Source: a virus
DNA length: 64,000 nucleotides
Strand: one strand, 5' to 3'
Virus record (IMG/VR): IMGVR_UViG_3300024262_000018
Span: 32,001 to 96,000 of that record
The first letter of the stretch is position 1; the number at the start of each line of letters is the position of its first letter. This document shows positions 37,751 through 47,448 of this stretch, in pieces. A model generated the notes under the pieces. That model saw nothing but the letters and a program-made list of their open reading frames with translations, did no database searches and was not told where the DNA came from. The translations under genes and the position numbers were made by a program.

Positions 37751-38471
37751 TAAAGCTGAATTAATAGATTTGGAAGACGATAAAACCGTAAGTCCAAAGG
37801 CTAAAATTACAACCCATTATCTATTAATCCTTGATAAGAGTTCATCTATGATGGTGGCTCAAGAAAACACGATTAAAGGGTTCAATGAAAATATCAAAAC
37901 AATAAAAGAATTAGCAACAAAGCATCCTAATCAAGAATTTTATATTTCTTTGGTTATGTTTAATCATGAAGTCGAAACTGTTCTTTGGGAACGTCCGCTA
38001 ACAGATATAAATTATATTGACAACACAGTATATTCTCCTTCCGGCCTGACCGCTCTACACGATGCTCTTGGTTCTAGTATGGACAGACTTGAAAAAGAAT
38101 TAAAAGATGAGTTGGATAAAAATAAAGATTCAAAAATTGTCGTAACCATATTCACTGATGGAGCAGAGAACGCTTCTAAGGACTATGCTCATGCCCAGAT
38201 AGCCGATAAGTCTGAAGTCCTACAAAAAACAGAACAATGGCTTTTTAGCTATATCGGAGCGAATCATGATGTTGCCTATGTCGCTAAATCATTAAATATC
38301 CCATTAAGTAATACAATGAAGTATTCAAGTTCTATGGTCGGGACCGCACAAGCGTTTGACAATCAGACAAAAGGACTACACAAATATGTATCTGATCGCT
38401 CGCTAGGCATCACGGATAATCATTTGTACACTGAAAAAGAAGATCTATTAGATATCAGTGATGATGAATAG
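37728..38471 (+). CDS. vWA domain protein
   Basis: ILDKSSSM, GLTALHDA, IFTDGAENAS, FSYIGAN. Confidence 0.88.
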   Translation: MAKITKDNKAELIDLEDDKTVSPKAKITTHYLLILDKSSSMMVAQENTIKGFNENIKTIKELATKHPNQEFYISLVMFNHEVETVLWERPLTDINYIDNTVYSPSGLTALHDALGSSMDRLEKELKDELDKNKDSKIVVTIFTDGAENASKDYAHAQIADKSEVLQKTEQWLFSYIGANHDVAYVAKSLNIPLSNTMKYSSSMVGTAQAFDNQTKGLHKYVSDRSLGITDNHLYTEKEDLLDISDDE

Positions 38472-38480
38472 CGGCTAAAA

Positions 38481-38552
38481 GCTCATATCCGCTAACTGGT
38501 AAGCGAAAAGACTCTAAATTTTTTAATCGAGGTTCGAGTCCTCGTATGGGCG
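38481..38552 (+). tRNA. amber suppressor tRNA (anticodon CTA)
   Basis: GCTCATA/TATGGGC, D-stem CGCT/AGCG, AAAGA-CTCTAAA-TTTTT, CGAGG-TTCGAGT-CCTCG, G73. Confidence 0.85.
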
Positions 38553-38607
38553 ATTTCAATAAAGGAATTATAAAAATTTTCGATAATAGAATAACAAGGA
38601 GACAATT

Positions 38608-38937
38608 ATGACTTAGCTTAACAATAACACGCCGTATATTTATATTATCACTCGAAAAGACTTAACATTCCCACAGAAGGCTGTACAATCTTCTCATGCC
38701 GCAATTGAAGCCGCAAAAGCTTTTTATGACCCATCGGTTATAGATCATCCACATCTGGTTCTATCTGAACTCCCCTCTGAATTACATTTGCTCAAATTTA
38801 TTAATAAATTATCTGCGGAGAGCTTGCGCTTTATTATCTGGAGAGAACCAGATCTAAATGAGGTCACAGCGATTGCAACAGAACCGATTTTTGGAGCAAA
38901 AAGAAAACTTTTTAAGAAACTTCAACTTTTAAAATAA
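38608..38937 (+). CDS. pth2: peptidyl-tRNA hydrolase type 2 with in-frame TAG at codon 3
   Basis: AAGGAG SD, ATG ACT TAG then open frame YIYIITRKDLTFPQKAVQSSHAAIEA...WREPDLNEVTAIATEP; not in ORF track. Confidence 0.8.
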
Positions 38938-38948
38938 GGAGATTTAAA

Positions 38949-39422
38949 ATGGAAATAACACAACAGTATTATAAAACAAGATTTAACTATTTCGCCCCTT
39001 TTGATTTCGAAACTTATAAAAAAATAAAAAAAATTAAAGCTGTGCTTAATATCTCCGGAATACAAGCTATTCGCTATGGAAAATGGGCAAGAAAACTGCC
39101 CAAGAATAGGAGAACAAAAAAACCGATCTTCTGTGAATTATTCTATATTGCGACATCTTATATGGACTATTATATTAATTGGGATGATGAAAAAGGCAAA
39201 TACGTTGAGACAAATGTTGAAATTGAATTTGCGAAAAAAACCGAATTAAATGCGTTAATTGTAGATCTTTGGCAATATGCTACAGCGAAACCACTAGAAA
39301 CAGATATAGGACCAGAACCAGAATTTATTAAAACAATAGATATAGATCAGATATATGTAGAATGCAAAGAGTTCTATAGGAGCTTCATAGATCATAACAT
39401 GCGAGATAATATTGGCTTATGA
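38949..39422 (+). CDS. hypothetical protein
   Basis: 157 aa, AAGGAG SD overlapping pth2 stop. Confidence 0.6.
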   Translation: MEITQQYYKTRFNYFAPFDFETYKKIKKIKAVLNISGIQAIRYGKWARKLPKNRRTKKPIFCELFYIATSYMDYYINWDDEKGKYVETNVEIEFAKKTELNALIVDLWQYATAKPLETDIGPEPEFIKTIDIDQIYVECKEFYRSFIDHNMRDNIGL

Positions 39423-39511
39423 GTATTTTTAACAAACATTAAAGGAAAATGCTCTATTACGCGACATTATAGTATAGAAGTTTTTGTCATTTTTACTTAT
39501 TGGAGTATTCT

Positions 39512-39769
39512 ATGAAACGAGTCGGCAAGAAATGGATAGGACACCCTGTAAAGGTTGAAATTCTTGATCACGCCGAAAATGTTGGGAATGTCGTGCCAAT
39601 AAATGTATATGGAATATTACAAAAAGTCTCCAAAACTCAAATACTAGTTCGTTCTTGGGATGCTGGAGAAGAATTGTCTAAAGAGATATCCAATTGCAAT
39701 ACTGACTTTTCTATAGTCCGATCAGCAATAATTCGATTTACCCCGTTAAAACCTTTTTATAATAAATAG
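39512..39769 (+). CDS. hypothetical protein
   Basis: likely start MKRVGK after GGAG. Confidence 0.5.
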   Translation: MKRVGKKWIGHPVKVEILDHAENVGNVVPINVYGILQKVSKTQILVRSWDAGEELSKEISNCNTDFSIVRSAIIRFTPLKPFYNK

Positions 39770-39854
39770 GGATAATATGTCTCTATTCTTTATTTTTAAA
39801 AGGACAATATATTTATATTTAGAAAATAAATAATAACTTTTTTGGATTAAAATA

Positions 39855-42800
39855 ATGAGATACAAAATATCACAAGCAAATATGAGTATACAAGGACCAG
39901 CAGTTGTATCACTAATACAGATAGTACAACAAATGTATGGATTAGGGGCTCCAACGACTTTTGACGATCAAGGATTCAACAAAACAGACTATGTAAACTC
40001 TAATTTTCAGTATATTGCTCGGCTCCCAGTAAGTGATAGAACTCAACTGCCTATACAACAAGCTGTTGCGGCTGTTCAGTCTTTAGGGAAATATAAAAAA
40101 ACACAACTGGCGGGAACGTGGGAACAACTATATGCAGATATACAAAAAGCGATCAATGAAGCTCAAGGGCAATCGGAAGTTCCAAATACTACTCCTGTAG
40201 AGCAGAACAAAGTTTTATATAAAGGAAGAAACCGATGGGGGAATGATAGTTATTACATCTTCAGTTTAACACCGCAGAAATATAATAGTATGTTGCGTCT
40301 TGTCGGGGCAAAGCTAGGAGAGATGGGACAAAACGCATCGAACGCTTGGAAGGCTTTTTATAAAGACAAAAAAGGAGGATTAGACCTCTACCAGATAGAC
40401 CCACGATTTACTGTTTTCCTTAAAGATTTACTTGCAGGCTATGGCTACGATACGTCTGAAATGTTCATCCGCGATGAAAAAGCTGACGAAATAAAAAAAC
40501 CTACAGAAGAAGATAGTGAATATAGTAAAGATGACATACAGAAATTTCAAATTAAAAAGGTAGAATTAGCGAACGGGAAATTAACAGTAATTCTAGGAAG
40601 ATGGTCAACTCTCTGGAATGAGACTATACGAAATCTAAAAGAAAATTATACTATAGGCTATAGTAAGCATGATCATGCCAGGATATTTACAAATCCAGAT
40701 AAGGTTTTGATAACAACATTAATAAACGCATTAAAAAATGAATTTGACGTAGCCCCGTTAGAAGCATTATTAGAACAGGTCCCTGATAAAATTGATCAGC
40801 CAAAACCGGCTAGCCAAGTTATTATTACAGATAAGGGGATACAGTTAAATGTCGTAAATGTTTTGGAGAACACTAAAGGAAAGTGGCATATTGCTATTTC
40901 ATACTTAAAAAAAGGCACTAAAGAGGGCAAGACTTTATTAGATATTATAAAATTTATTTGTCCCGCTTTTGGAAAAGACGAAAGTAGATTTTCAGGGGTT
41001 ATTCCAGACATCTCTAATCCATACGATCCAGCGGATAAAAAAGATCCTGATTATCCCGGCGATGGTGGCGGATATAACTATGCATATTTGATTAAAGGTG
41101 ATTATAACCAATATAGACAGTTGAGTATGATATTCAAAAAATATGGATTTGACACCAGGAATCTTAATAAAATTATAGCAGGCTTAGTTTCCGAAGGTGT
41201 AGTAGAAACTACAAGAGTAGAAGGGGATCTGGATGGCTATCAAAAAGAAGTCGGCTTTACTGACGCCGCCGGAAACAGAAGGACAACTAAAGTTAATGAT
41301 CATGATAAGTTTATAAAAGAATTAGATACTTATAATAAAAAAATAGTTAAAGACGGCAAAGAATTTGATTTTGCTCTTTATCCTCTTCAACGCGAAGGCG
41401 TGGCCTTCCTTTACGGTAGAAACTCTGCCCTTTTAGGCGATGCAACCGGCGTGGGAAAATGCAAAATTGGAACATCACATGTCCAAACAAATTTAGGAGA
41501 CTTTGAAATCCAAGACATATGGAATAAATTTGCAAAAAAAATATCTTCCGTAAAAGAAAATGAAGAATGGGGAGATCTAAATGTAGATTTATGCGTCCAT
41601 AGTATTAATAACGACGGGAAGGTTGTTAGAGGAAAAGTAAATAAGTTGTATAGGGAAAGATTTAAAGGAAAACTGATTAAATACAAAACAGATAATGGCA
41701 AAGAAACAGTTGTAACAAGAGCACACAAATTCTTAACTGAAAACGGATGGAAAAATGACCTGTCTGTCGGAGATCGGATTTGTTCATCTTCAAATCAATT
41801 TTCTATACATGAGCCAAATAATACAAAAAAAGATCTTGCCTATTTAATTGCCTGGCAAATAGCAGAAGGGTGTGAACTTGATAATAAAATACATTCTCAA
41901 ACGAGCTTAAGTATAAACCAAAAAGATAAAAATATTTTAGAAAATTTATCAAAAATTATCAAAAGCCTTAATATAACAAAATACAGATCAATAAAAAAGA
42001 TAGAACCTAGAATTAAAAAAATAATAAGACATGGAAATCAGATTAATCGTATGGAACTAACATCTGTTAATTATAAAAAATATCTTGAAAGTCTAGGATA
42101 TGCATGGGGGCTAAAATCTAAAGACAGAGTTGTTCCAGAGTTTATTATGAATTCTTCGGATGAGGTTGTGAAATATTTCTTACAAGCATTCTTTGACGCT
42201 GAAGGATACACTAGTAATCAAGCTAGAGGAATTGCCGTAACCTCAGCTAGTCAAAAACTCATTTATCAAATTTCATTATTATTACAAAGATTTAACATCT
42301 TTTGCACCTATAGAAAAATGATGAAGTGTTCCACAAACGGGACAAAAATAAAACGTCCATATTATGAATTAAAAATTGTAGGAAGTGGCATGGATATTTT
42401 TATGCGAGAAATAAAATTTTCATATGTTTATAAAACTAAAAAATATAATAAATTTACTGACGTAAAATATAACTATAATAAAGAAGGAAAACCCATCTAT
42501 TTGGCGTTAGAACCGTTTTTTAAAAAATACAAATTGCCACCCAAAATAATAGGGCTTAATGACGACGCCTATATTTCCGGAGACAAATGGATGAACGATG
42601 ATAGTATAGAAAATGTTATTAATAAATTGAAAAAGTTTAGAAATTCTAAAATAATAAATGAATATGCCCAATTAAAAAGATCAAAATGGACAAATTCGAC
42701 AACTGCCGTTTTAGAGCATATAGAAATAAAAGATGTAGAAAACTGTATCCAATCACTAGAAAAATTAAAAAATAATGATCTTCAATATGAGAAAATAATT

Positions 42801-44408
42801 TCCGTAGAAGAGATCTCCCACGATGGATATATTTATGATTTAAGTATCGAAGAAAACCACAACTATATTTCTGATAATTTAATTTGCCATAACACAATAG
42901 AGACTATCATAGCTGCCGATATGAGAATGAAAAATTCTGGCGGAAGCTGTTTAATAATTACGCTTACCGTTGCTCAAGAACAATGGGCTAGTGAGATAGA
43001 AAAGTTTGCGAAGCATAACCCCGAAGACATATCTCTCAGTCCAGACGAATTAAAAACATGGAATGTTTTAACATATCCTATGTTCCAAACCAAAAGTACT
43101 AGAGAAGCAACTGTTAAAAAATTACAAGATTATGTTAGAAGCGGAAAAATTACTTGCCTAATACTGGACGAATGCCATAGTGTTAAAAACAGTGGAGCAT
43201 CTAGAACGGAAAATATACAAAATATATCTGACGTTATTGACGTAGATAAAGACAAGGTTAAATTAGCAGAATATCAAATTCCTTTTGTTTGGGGAGCGAG
43301 TGCAACTGTTGTTGCGAATAGGCCCGTTGACGTATATAACCAACTGAAGGCTATAAACCATCCATTAGGTAAATTGAGCTTTGCTAATTTTGCCAAAGAG
43401 TTCGGAGGAATGAAACCTGGGCGTTATGGCTGGGAAGACACTAGTATAGAGGAACAGATAAAAGCCGCGAATAAACTAAAAGAATGGTTGATAAATTTTG
43501 GGGTATATATAGCTAGAACCAAAAAAGATATTAGAGAAGATATGCCAGAACTTTATGTCGATGACGAATTTGCTCAAGTTGACCAGGCCAATTTATACAA
43601 GTGTGTAAGTTCAAAAGTCTCTGGATATAAAAAACCAGAATTGCCAATTTCTGTTATGATGGCTACAAGAGACTGTTTAGCTCTTGCCAAAACTCCACAT
43701 TCATTATCACTCGCAGAACCGATATTAAAAAGTGGAAAGAAAATAATGATTTTCACTGCTTTCAAAGCTGCTGCTAAGTATTTGGAATATGGACTGCAAA
43801 GAATACTAGATTCTATAGGAGAAGGGGGCCAAGTAGGAATTATAATAGGAGGGATGCATAAAAAGACCAGGTCTGAAAATATAACTAATTTTAAAGATCC
43901 AAATAGCGACATAAAAGCTATGGTATTAATGATACAGGCGGGCGGAACGGGCTTAGATTTTCCAAATGTTGTTGAAGATGTTATAGAAAATGACTTTGAT
44001 TGGACTCCGGCCTCTAACGAACAGATGAAAGGTAGAGGTTACAGAATAACAAGCAAATTGCCAGTTAGAATTAAATCTGTTATTGCGGAAGGAACAGAAG
44101 ATGAAGACTTTAAACAAAGAGTTGATTCGAAAATAGAAGTTGCCGAAATCGTTATGAAATTAACAAAAGAGCAATTAGAACTTTTTTCTTTATCAGAATC
44201 AGAAAAAACACAAAGTGTAAAAAATAGATTGCAAGATATAGAACAACAACTGATAGAAGCGGTTAAGCGACAGATTGAGCAAGAAGAAACGGAAGCGGAA
44301 TTTGAAGAGCATATGGCTACTCAAATTAGAAATAAAATGGGAATGTCGGACAGAAGCACTTTTGCTAAAACTAATTGGTATAGGAAAACTTGTTTTGGGA
44401 GAAAATAA
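39855..44408 (+). CDS. SNF2-family helicase containing an intein
   Basis: LYPLQREG, GDATGVGK|T, LILDECH, SATVVAN, AGGTGLDF, QMKGRGYRI. Confidence 0.9.
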   Translation: MRYKISQANMSIQGPAVVSLIQIVQQMYGLGAPTTFDDQGFNKTDYVNSNFQYIARLPVSDRTQLPIQQAVAAVQSLGKYKKTQLAGTWEQLYADIQKAINEAQGQSEVPNTTPVEQNKVLYKGRNRWGNDSYYIFSLTPQKYNSMLRLVGAKLGEMGQNASNAWKAFYKDKKGGLDLYQIDPRFTVFLKDLLAGYGYDTSEMFIRDEKADEIKKPTEEDSEYSKDDIQKFQIKKVELANGKLTVILGRWSTLWNETIRNLKENYTIGYSKHDHARIFTNPDKVLITTLINALKNEFDVAPLEALLEQVPDKIDQPKPASQVIITDKGIQLNVVNVLENTKGKWHIAISYLKKGTKEGKTLLDIIKFICPAFGKDESRFSGVIPDISNPYDPADKKDPDYPGDGGGYNYAYLIKGDYNQYRQLSMIFKKYGFDTRNLNKIIAGLVSEGVVETTRVEGDLDGYQKEVGFTDAAGNRRTTKVNDHDKFIKELDTYNKKIVKDGKEFDFALYPLQREGVAFLYGRNSALLGDATGVGKCKIGTSHVQTNLGDFEIQDIWNKFAKKISSVKENEEWGDLNVDLCVHSINNDGKVVRGKVNKLYRERFKGKLIKYKTDNGKETVVTRAHKFLTENGWKNDLSVGDRICSSSNQFSIHEPNNTKKDLAYLIAWQIAEGCELDNKIHSQTSLSINQKDKNILENLSKIIKSLNITKYRSIKKIEPRIKKIIRHGNQINRMELTSVNYKKYLESLGYAWGLKSKDRVVPEFIMNSSDEVVKYFLQAFFDAEGYTSNQARGIAVTSASQKLIYQISLLLQRFNIFCTYRKMMKCSTNGTKIKRPYYELKIVGSGMDIFMREIKFSYVYKTKKYNKFTDVKYNYNKEGKPIYLALEPFFKKYKLPPKIIGLNDDAYISGDKWMNDDSIENVINKLKKFRNSKIINEYAQLKRSKWTNSTTAVLEHIEIKDVENCIQSLEKLKNNDLQYEKIISVEEISHDGYIYDLSIEENHNYISDNLICHNTIETIIAADMRMKNSGGSCLIITLTVAQEQWASEIEKFAKHNPEDISLSPDELKTWNVLTYPMFQTKSTREATVKKLQDYVRSGKITCLILDECHSVKNSGASRTENIQNISDVIDVDKDKVKLAEYQIPFVWGASATVVANRPVDVYNQLKAINHPLGKLSFANFAKEFGGMKPGRYGWEDTSIEEQIKAANKLKEWLINFGVYIARTKKDIREDMPELYVDDEFAQVDQANLYKCVSSKVSGYKKPELPISVMMATRDCLALAKTPHSLSLAEPILKSGKKIMIFTAFKAAAKYLEYGLQRILDSIGEGGQVGIIIGGMHKKTRSENITNFKDPNSDIKAMVLMIQAGGTGLDFPNVVEDVIENDFDWTPASNEQMKGRGYRITSKLPVRIKSVIAEGTEDEDFKQRVDSKIEVAEIVMKLTKEQLELFSLSESEKTQSVKNRLQDIEQQLIEAVKRQIEQEETEAEFEEHMATQIRNKMGMSDRSTFAKTNWYRKTCFGRK
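41460..42893 (+). mobile_element. intein with LAGLIDADG endonuclease in helicase Walker A
   Basis: CKIGTSHV start, TRAHKF block B, AWQIAEG / AFFDAEG, ICHN|T end; 478 aa. Confidence 0.9.
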
Positions 44409-44729
44409 ATGAGCGAAAATGAGAAATACAAATTGGACCAAGAGATAAAAGACTTAGCTATAGATTGGGCAGAAAAAATCTATAATAATATATACAGAGC
44501 CCTAACCGATCCGGTTCAGGGAATGACTCCTGATACAGTAAAATTATACAATGATCTCTGTGCTTGGGGCTGGTTTGATATTATAAACATTGATGACGAC
44601 AATGCTCACCATCTTTTAATCAAACTTCTAGCTATGCCAAGGTATAAACAGCTATTAGATCAAAAAAAGAATCCCCCATTATCTAAATGGCAAAAAGTGG
44701 CTGGACGTGGCTTAACTTCCAAACGCTAA
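44409..44729 (+). CDS. hypothetical protein
   Basis: 106 aa coupled to helicase. Confidence 0.55.
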   Translation: MSENEKYKLDQEIKDLAIDWAEKIYNNIYRALTDPVQGMTPDTVKLYNDLCAWGWFDIINIDDDNAHHLLIKLLAMPRYKQLLDQKKNPPLSKWQKVAGRGLTSKR

Positions 44730-44800
44730 ACTCTCGAATTAAAAACAATATTTATCATCTTAAGGGCATATAATGTACATATTACATTATGGAGGAGTGA

Positions 44801-45607
44801 ATGACTAAAACCGAATTATCTATCTTGTGGAAAGTATTTAAAAAAACAAATAAACAAGAAAAAAGAAACGAACTCGTAAAACATTATTATAGCTTAGTAG
44901 AAAAAATAGCCAGAAACGTATCTAAAAAAATAAATTATAAAGTCTCTAGCGACGAATTAGCTTCGCATGGAGTCGATGGGCTATTTAAAGCTATCGAAAG
45001 TTTCGACCTCAATCGCGACATTAAATTCGAAACATATGCTTATTCGAGAATTAGAGGTTCTATGATCGATGGCTTACGCTCTAATGATTGGGTTCCTAGA
45101 AGCGTTAGAATCAGACAATCTAAAATAGAAAAAGCTATAGAAGAGTTAGAAGTAGAGACAGGAGAAAAGGCTGAATTTTTATCTGCCGTTAATAAAGCTG
45201 GAATAGATACTTTCGAGTATATAAAAAATCCTAAAAAATTTAAAGCAACTATGTGTTCTAGCTTAGACACATCATCCTGTTTGGGTGAAGATGAAGATGT
45301 AAAAAAAGATTTTAATCTTTACCTAAAATCCGATGTTCCTTCGCCAGATATTAAAATTATACGACGAGAGTTTCTGAGTAAATTTTTAGGAAAAGGATTA
45401 CGCTCTACCGAGCGTGTAATTGTTTATTTATATTATTATGAAAAACTAACAATGAGAGAAATAGCCATCCGACAGAATACAACCGAATCCCATATCAGTC
45501 AAATGCACAAAGCGATCTTAAAAAAAATAAAAACCAAGATATCGAAAAACCAACAGTATCTAAAAGAATTTACAGAGATTTTTTCTTGCAGGGATAAGAT
45601 AGTATGA
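44801..45607 (+). CDS. FliA/WhiG-family RNA polymerase sigma factor
   Basis: GLFKAIESFD..KFETYAYSRIRGSMIDGLRSNDWVPRSVR; YYYEKLTMREIA..TESHISQMH. Confidence 0.9.
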   Translation: MTKTELSILWKVFKKTNKQEKRNELVKHYYSLVEKIARNVSKKINYKVSSDELASHGVDGLFKAIESFDLNRDIKFETYAYSRIRGSMIDGLRSNDWVPRSVRIRQSKIEKAIEELEVETGEKAEFLSAVNKAGIDTFEYIKNPKKFKATMCSSLDTSSCLGEDEDVKKDFNLYLKSDVPSPDIKIIRREFLSKFLGKGLRSTERVIVYLYYYEKLTMREIAIRQNTTESHISQMHKAILKKIKTKISKNQQYLKEFTEIFSCRDKIV

Positions 45608-46113
45608 TAATCGTATCTCAAGCAAACATAATAAAGACAGATTCAGAAGCTATCGTTAGCCCGACTAATGGGCTATTTATAAATAACAAAGGAGCATCTG
45701 GCTCTATTCTATCTGCCGCAGGAAATATTACCAAAAATGAAATAGAAATATATAAAAAAAAACAATTGTCTATAAAAGAAGGTGATTTTTATAAAACTTC
45801 GGGAGGAAAACTAATCAAGAATGGCGTAAAAATCATTTATCATGCTGTTATAAACATGACTCCCAATAGCAATACGAGTATATATTCTATAAATATAGTT
45901 ATGAATAGAATTTTAGATTCTGCAATTAAAAATAAAATAAAATCTATTGCCTTTACTGGCTTAGGAACAGGATGTTGTTGCCTAAATAAAAAAATAGTTG
46001 CAACTAACATGGTTAGTATCGCCCAAAAATACTGTGGCTTATTGACGATAAATATGATAGATCTAGATAAACAGATGGTAAAAGATTTTAACGAATGTCT
46101 ATTTAAGGATTAA
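45604..46113 (+). CDS. macrodomain protein (divergent)
   Basis: EAIVSPTN...SAAG...IIYHAV...SIAFTGLGTG. Confidence 0.8.
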   Translation: MIIVSQANIIKTDSEAIVSPTNGLFINNKGASGSILSAAGNITKNEIEIYKKKQLSIKEGDFYKTSGGKLIKNGVKIIYHAVINMTPNSNTSIYSINIVMNRILDSAIKNKIKSIAFTGLGTGCCCLNKKIVATNMVSIAQKYCGLLTINMIDLDKQMVKDFNECLFKD

Positions 46114-46116
46114 AAA

Positions 46117-46752
46117 ATGGAAAACGACGTATTAAATAGCCCGGTCTTGGTTTTAAACAAAAACTGGACAGCAGTTCGTGTCCAGACATTAAAGAAGGCG
46201 ATCACCAAAGTTACAAATGGTAGAGCAAAATTCTTAGATACTGAATCTTATTTACTATATACTTGGAGTGAATGGGTGGATGTCTTTGTTACCCCCCATG
46301 ACGAGATAGTCGATTACCCCGTTATCCGCTCCCAACATATAGCATTAAAAAGGCCAGAAATAATAGTATGCACAGATTATAGTAGAGTTCCACATTCTAG
46401 TTTAAAACTGTCACGACGCAATATCTTAATTCGAGATATGTTCCAGTGTCAATATACAGGAAAAAGAGTAACCTATAAAACTGCAACACTAGACCACATA
46501 TTACCTCGCTCAAAAGGAGGAAAAACCTCATGGAACAATCTTGTAACTTGTTCTCTTGAGGCAAATGCAAAGAAAGCAAATAGAACTCCAGCAGAAGCAG
46601 GAATGAGATTACTACATCCTCCAAAGAAACCCAAATGGAGCCCTATTTACGCAATTAGTTTAAAAAGAAGACCAAAATCTTGGGCCAAATTTATTAAACA
46701 AGAAAATTTAGAAGCGATAGAGGATTACGAGGCTGAAATTCTAAATGATTAA
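46117..46752 (+). CDS. HNH endonuclease
   Basis: VLVLN, SRRNILIRD..CQY, TLDHILPRSKGGKTSWNNLVTC..NAKKANRTP. Confidence 0.9.
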   Translation: MENDVLNSPVLVLNKNWTAVRVQTLKKAITKVTNGRAKFLDTESYLLYTWSEWVDVFVTPHDEIVDYPVIRSQHIALKRPEIIVCTDYSRVPHSSLKLSRRNILIRDMFQCQYTGKRVTYKTATLDHILPRSKGGKTSWNNLVTCSLEANAKKANRTPAEAGMRLLHPPKKPKWSPIYAISLKRRPKSWAKFIKQENLEAIEDYEAEILND

Positions 46753-47440
46753 ACGTAAATTGCAGATAAAATATTCTTTATGGAATAAACATAAACAAGT
46801 AGCGGCATGGAAAAATAAACTGATAGGTGTTCCGTGTTTTATTATAGGGAATTCTCCCAGCTTAAACGACTATCCAACCCATTTGCTAAATGGACTTTTT
46901 ACAATCGGTATTAACAGGGCTTTTAAAAAATTAGAAACAACTATACTTCTATGGCAAGATATCGAACTGTACTTAAGCTGTCAAAAAGAACTTAAAAATA
47001 TTAAATCTATTCTCTATTCACGAGACGCCGCAGACCCTAAAGGCATAGCTTATCATTTTAAATTATTACATACTCCATATAATTTGACAAATAGTCCTTT
47101 AAGACTCTCTGGGCGCGGAAGTTCTGGTCCGTTAGCCTTTCAACTGGCCCACTCTCTAGGCTGCGATCCAATTGTTTTTTTAGGTTATAATTGCAAGTAT
47201 AGAGGAGAGCAAACAGATTTTTGGGGAATAAATAAAGACCATAAACCTCATACGCTGGTCGCTTGCTCTCGCGGATTGAATTGGATTAAAAAATGTGATC
47301 ACAAAAGAAAACTTGTTTTTTGTGATGACAGTGATAGCAAAAACAATAAAATATCATTAGAAAAAGCGTTAGAAATTTGCAAAATAACAAAAGATAGTTA
47401 TAAAAATAAGGATTATTTCGAAAATAGACTTTTTGAATAG
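46745..47440 (+). CDS. Maf/DUF115 (MptE-like) protein
   Basis: CFIIGNSPSL..TIGINR..LGCDPIVFLG. Confidence 0.7.
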   Translation: MIKRKLQIKYSLWNKHKQVAAWKNKLIGVPCFIIGNSPSLNDYPTHLLNGLFTIGINRAFKKLETTILLWQDIELYLSCQKELKNIKSILYSRDAADPKGIAYHFKLLHTPYNLTNSPLRLSGRGSSGPLAFQLAHSLGCDPIVFLGYNCKYRGEQTDFWGINKDHKPHTLVACSRGLNWIKKCDHKRKLVFCDDSDSKNNKISLEKALEICKITKDSYKNKDYFENRLFE

Positions 47441-47448
47441 GAGTACAC

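Noticed and set aside
38481-38552. tRNA-Pyl, or tRNA-Arg(TCT) in a shifted register
   Set aside because: It has a canonical D-loop GG, TTCGA T-loop and 5-bp anticodon stem, unlike tRNA-Pyl; U33 placement gives CTA, not TCT
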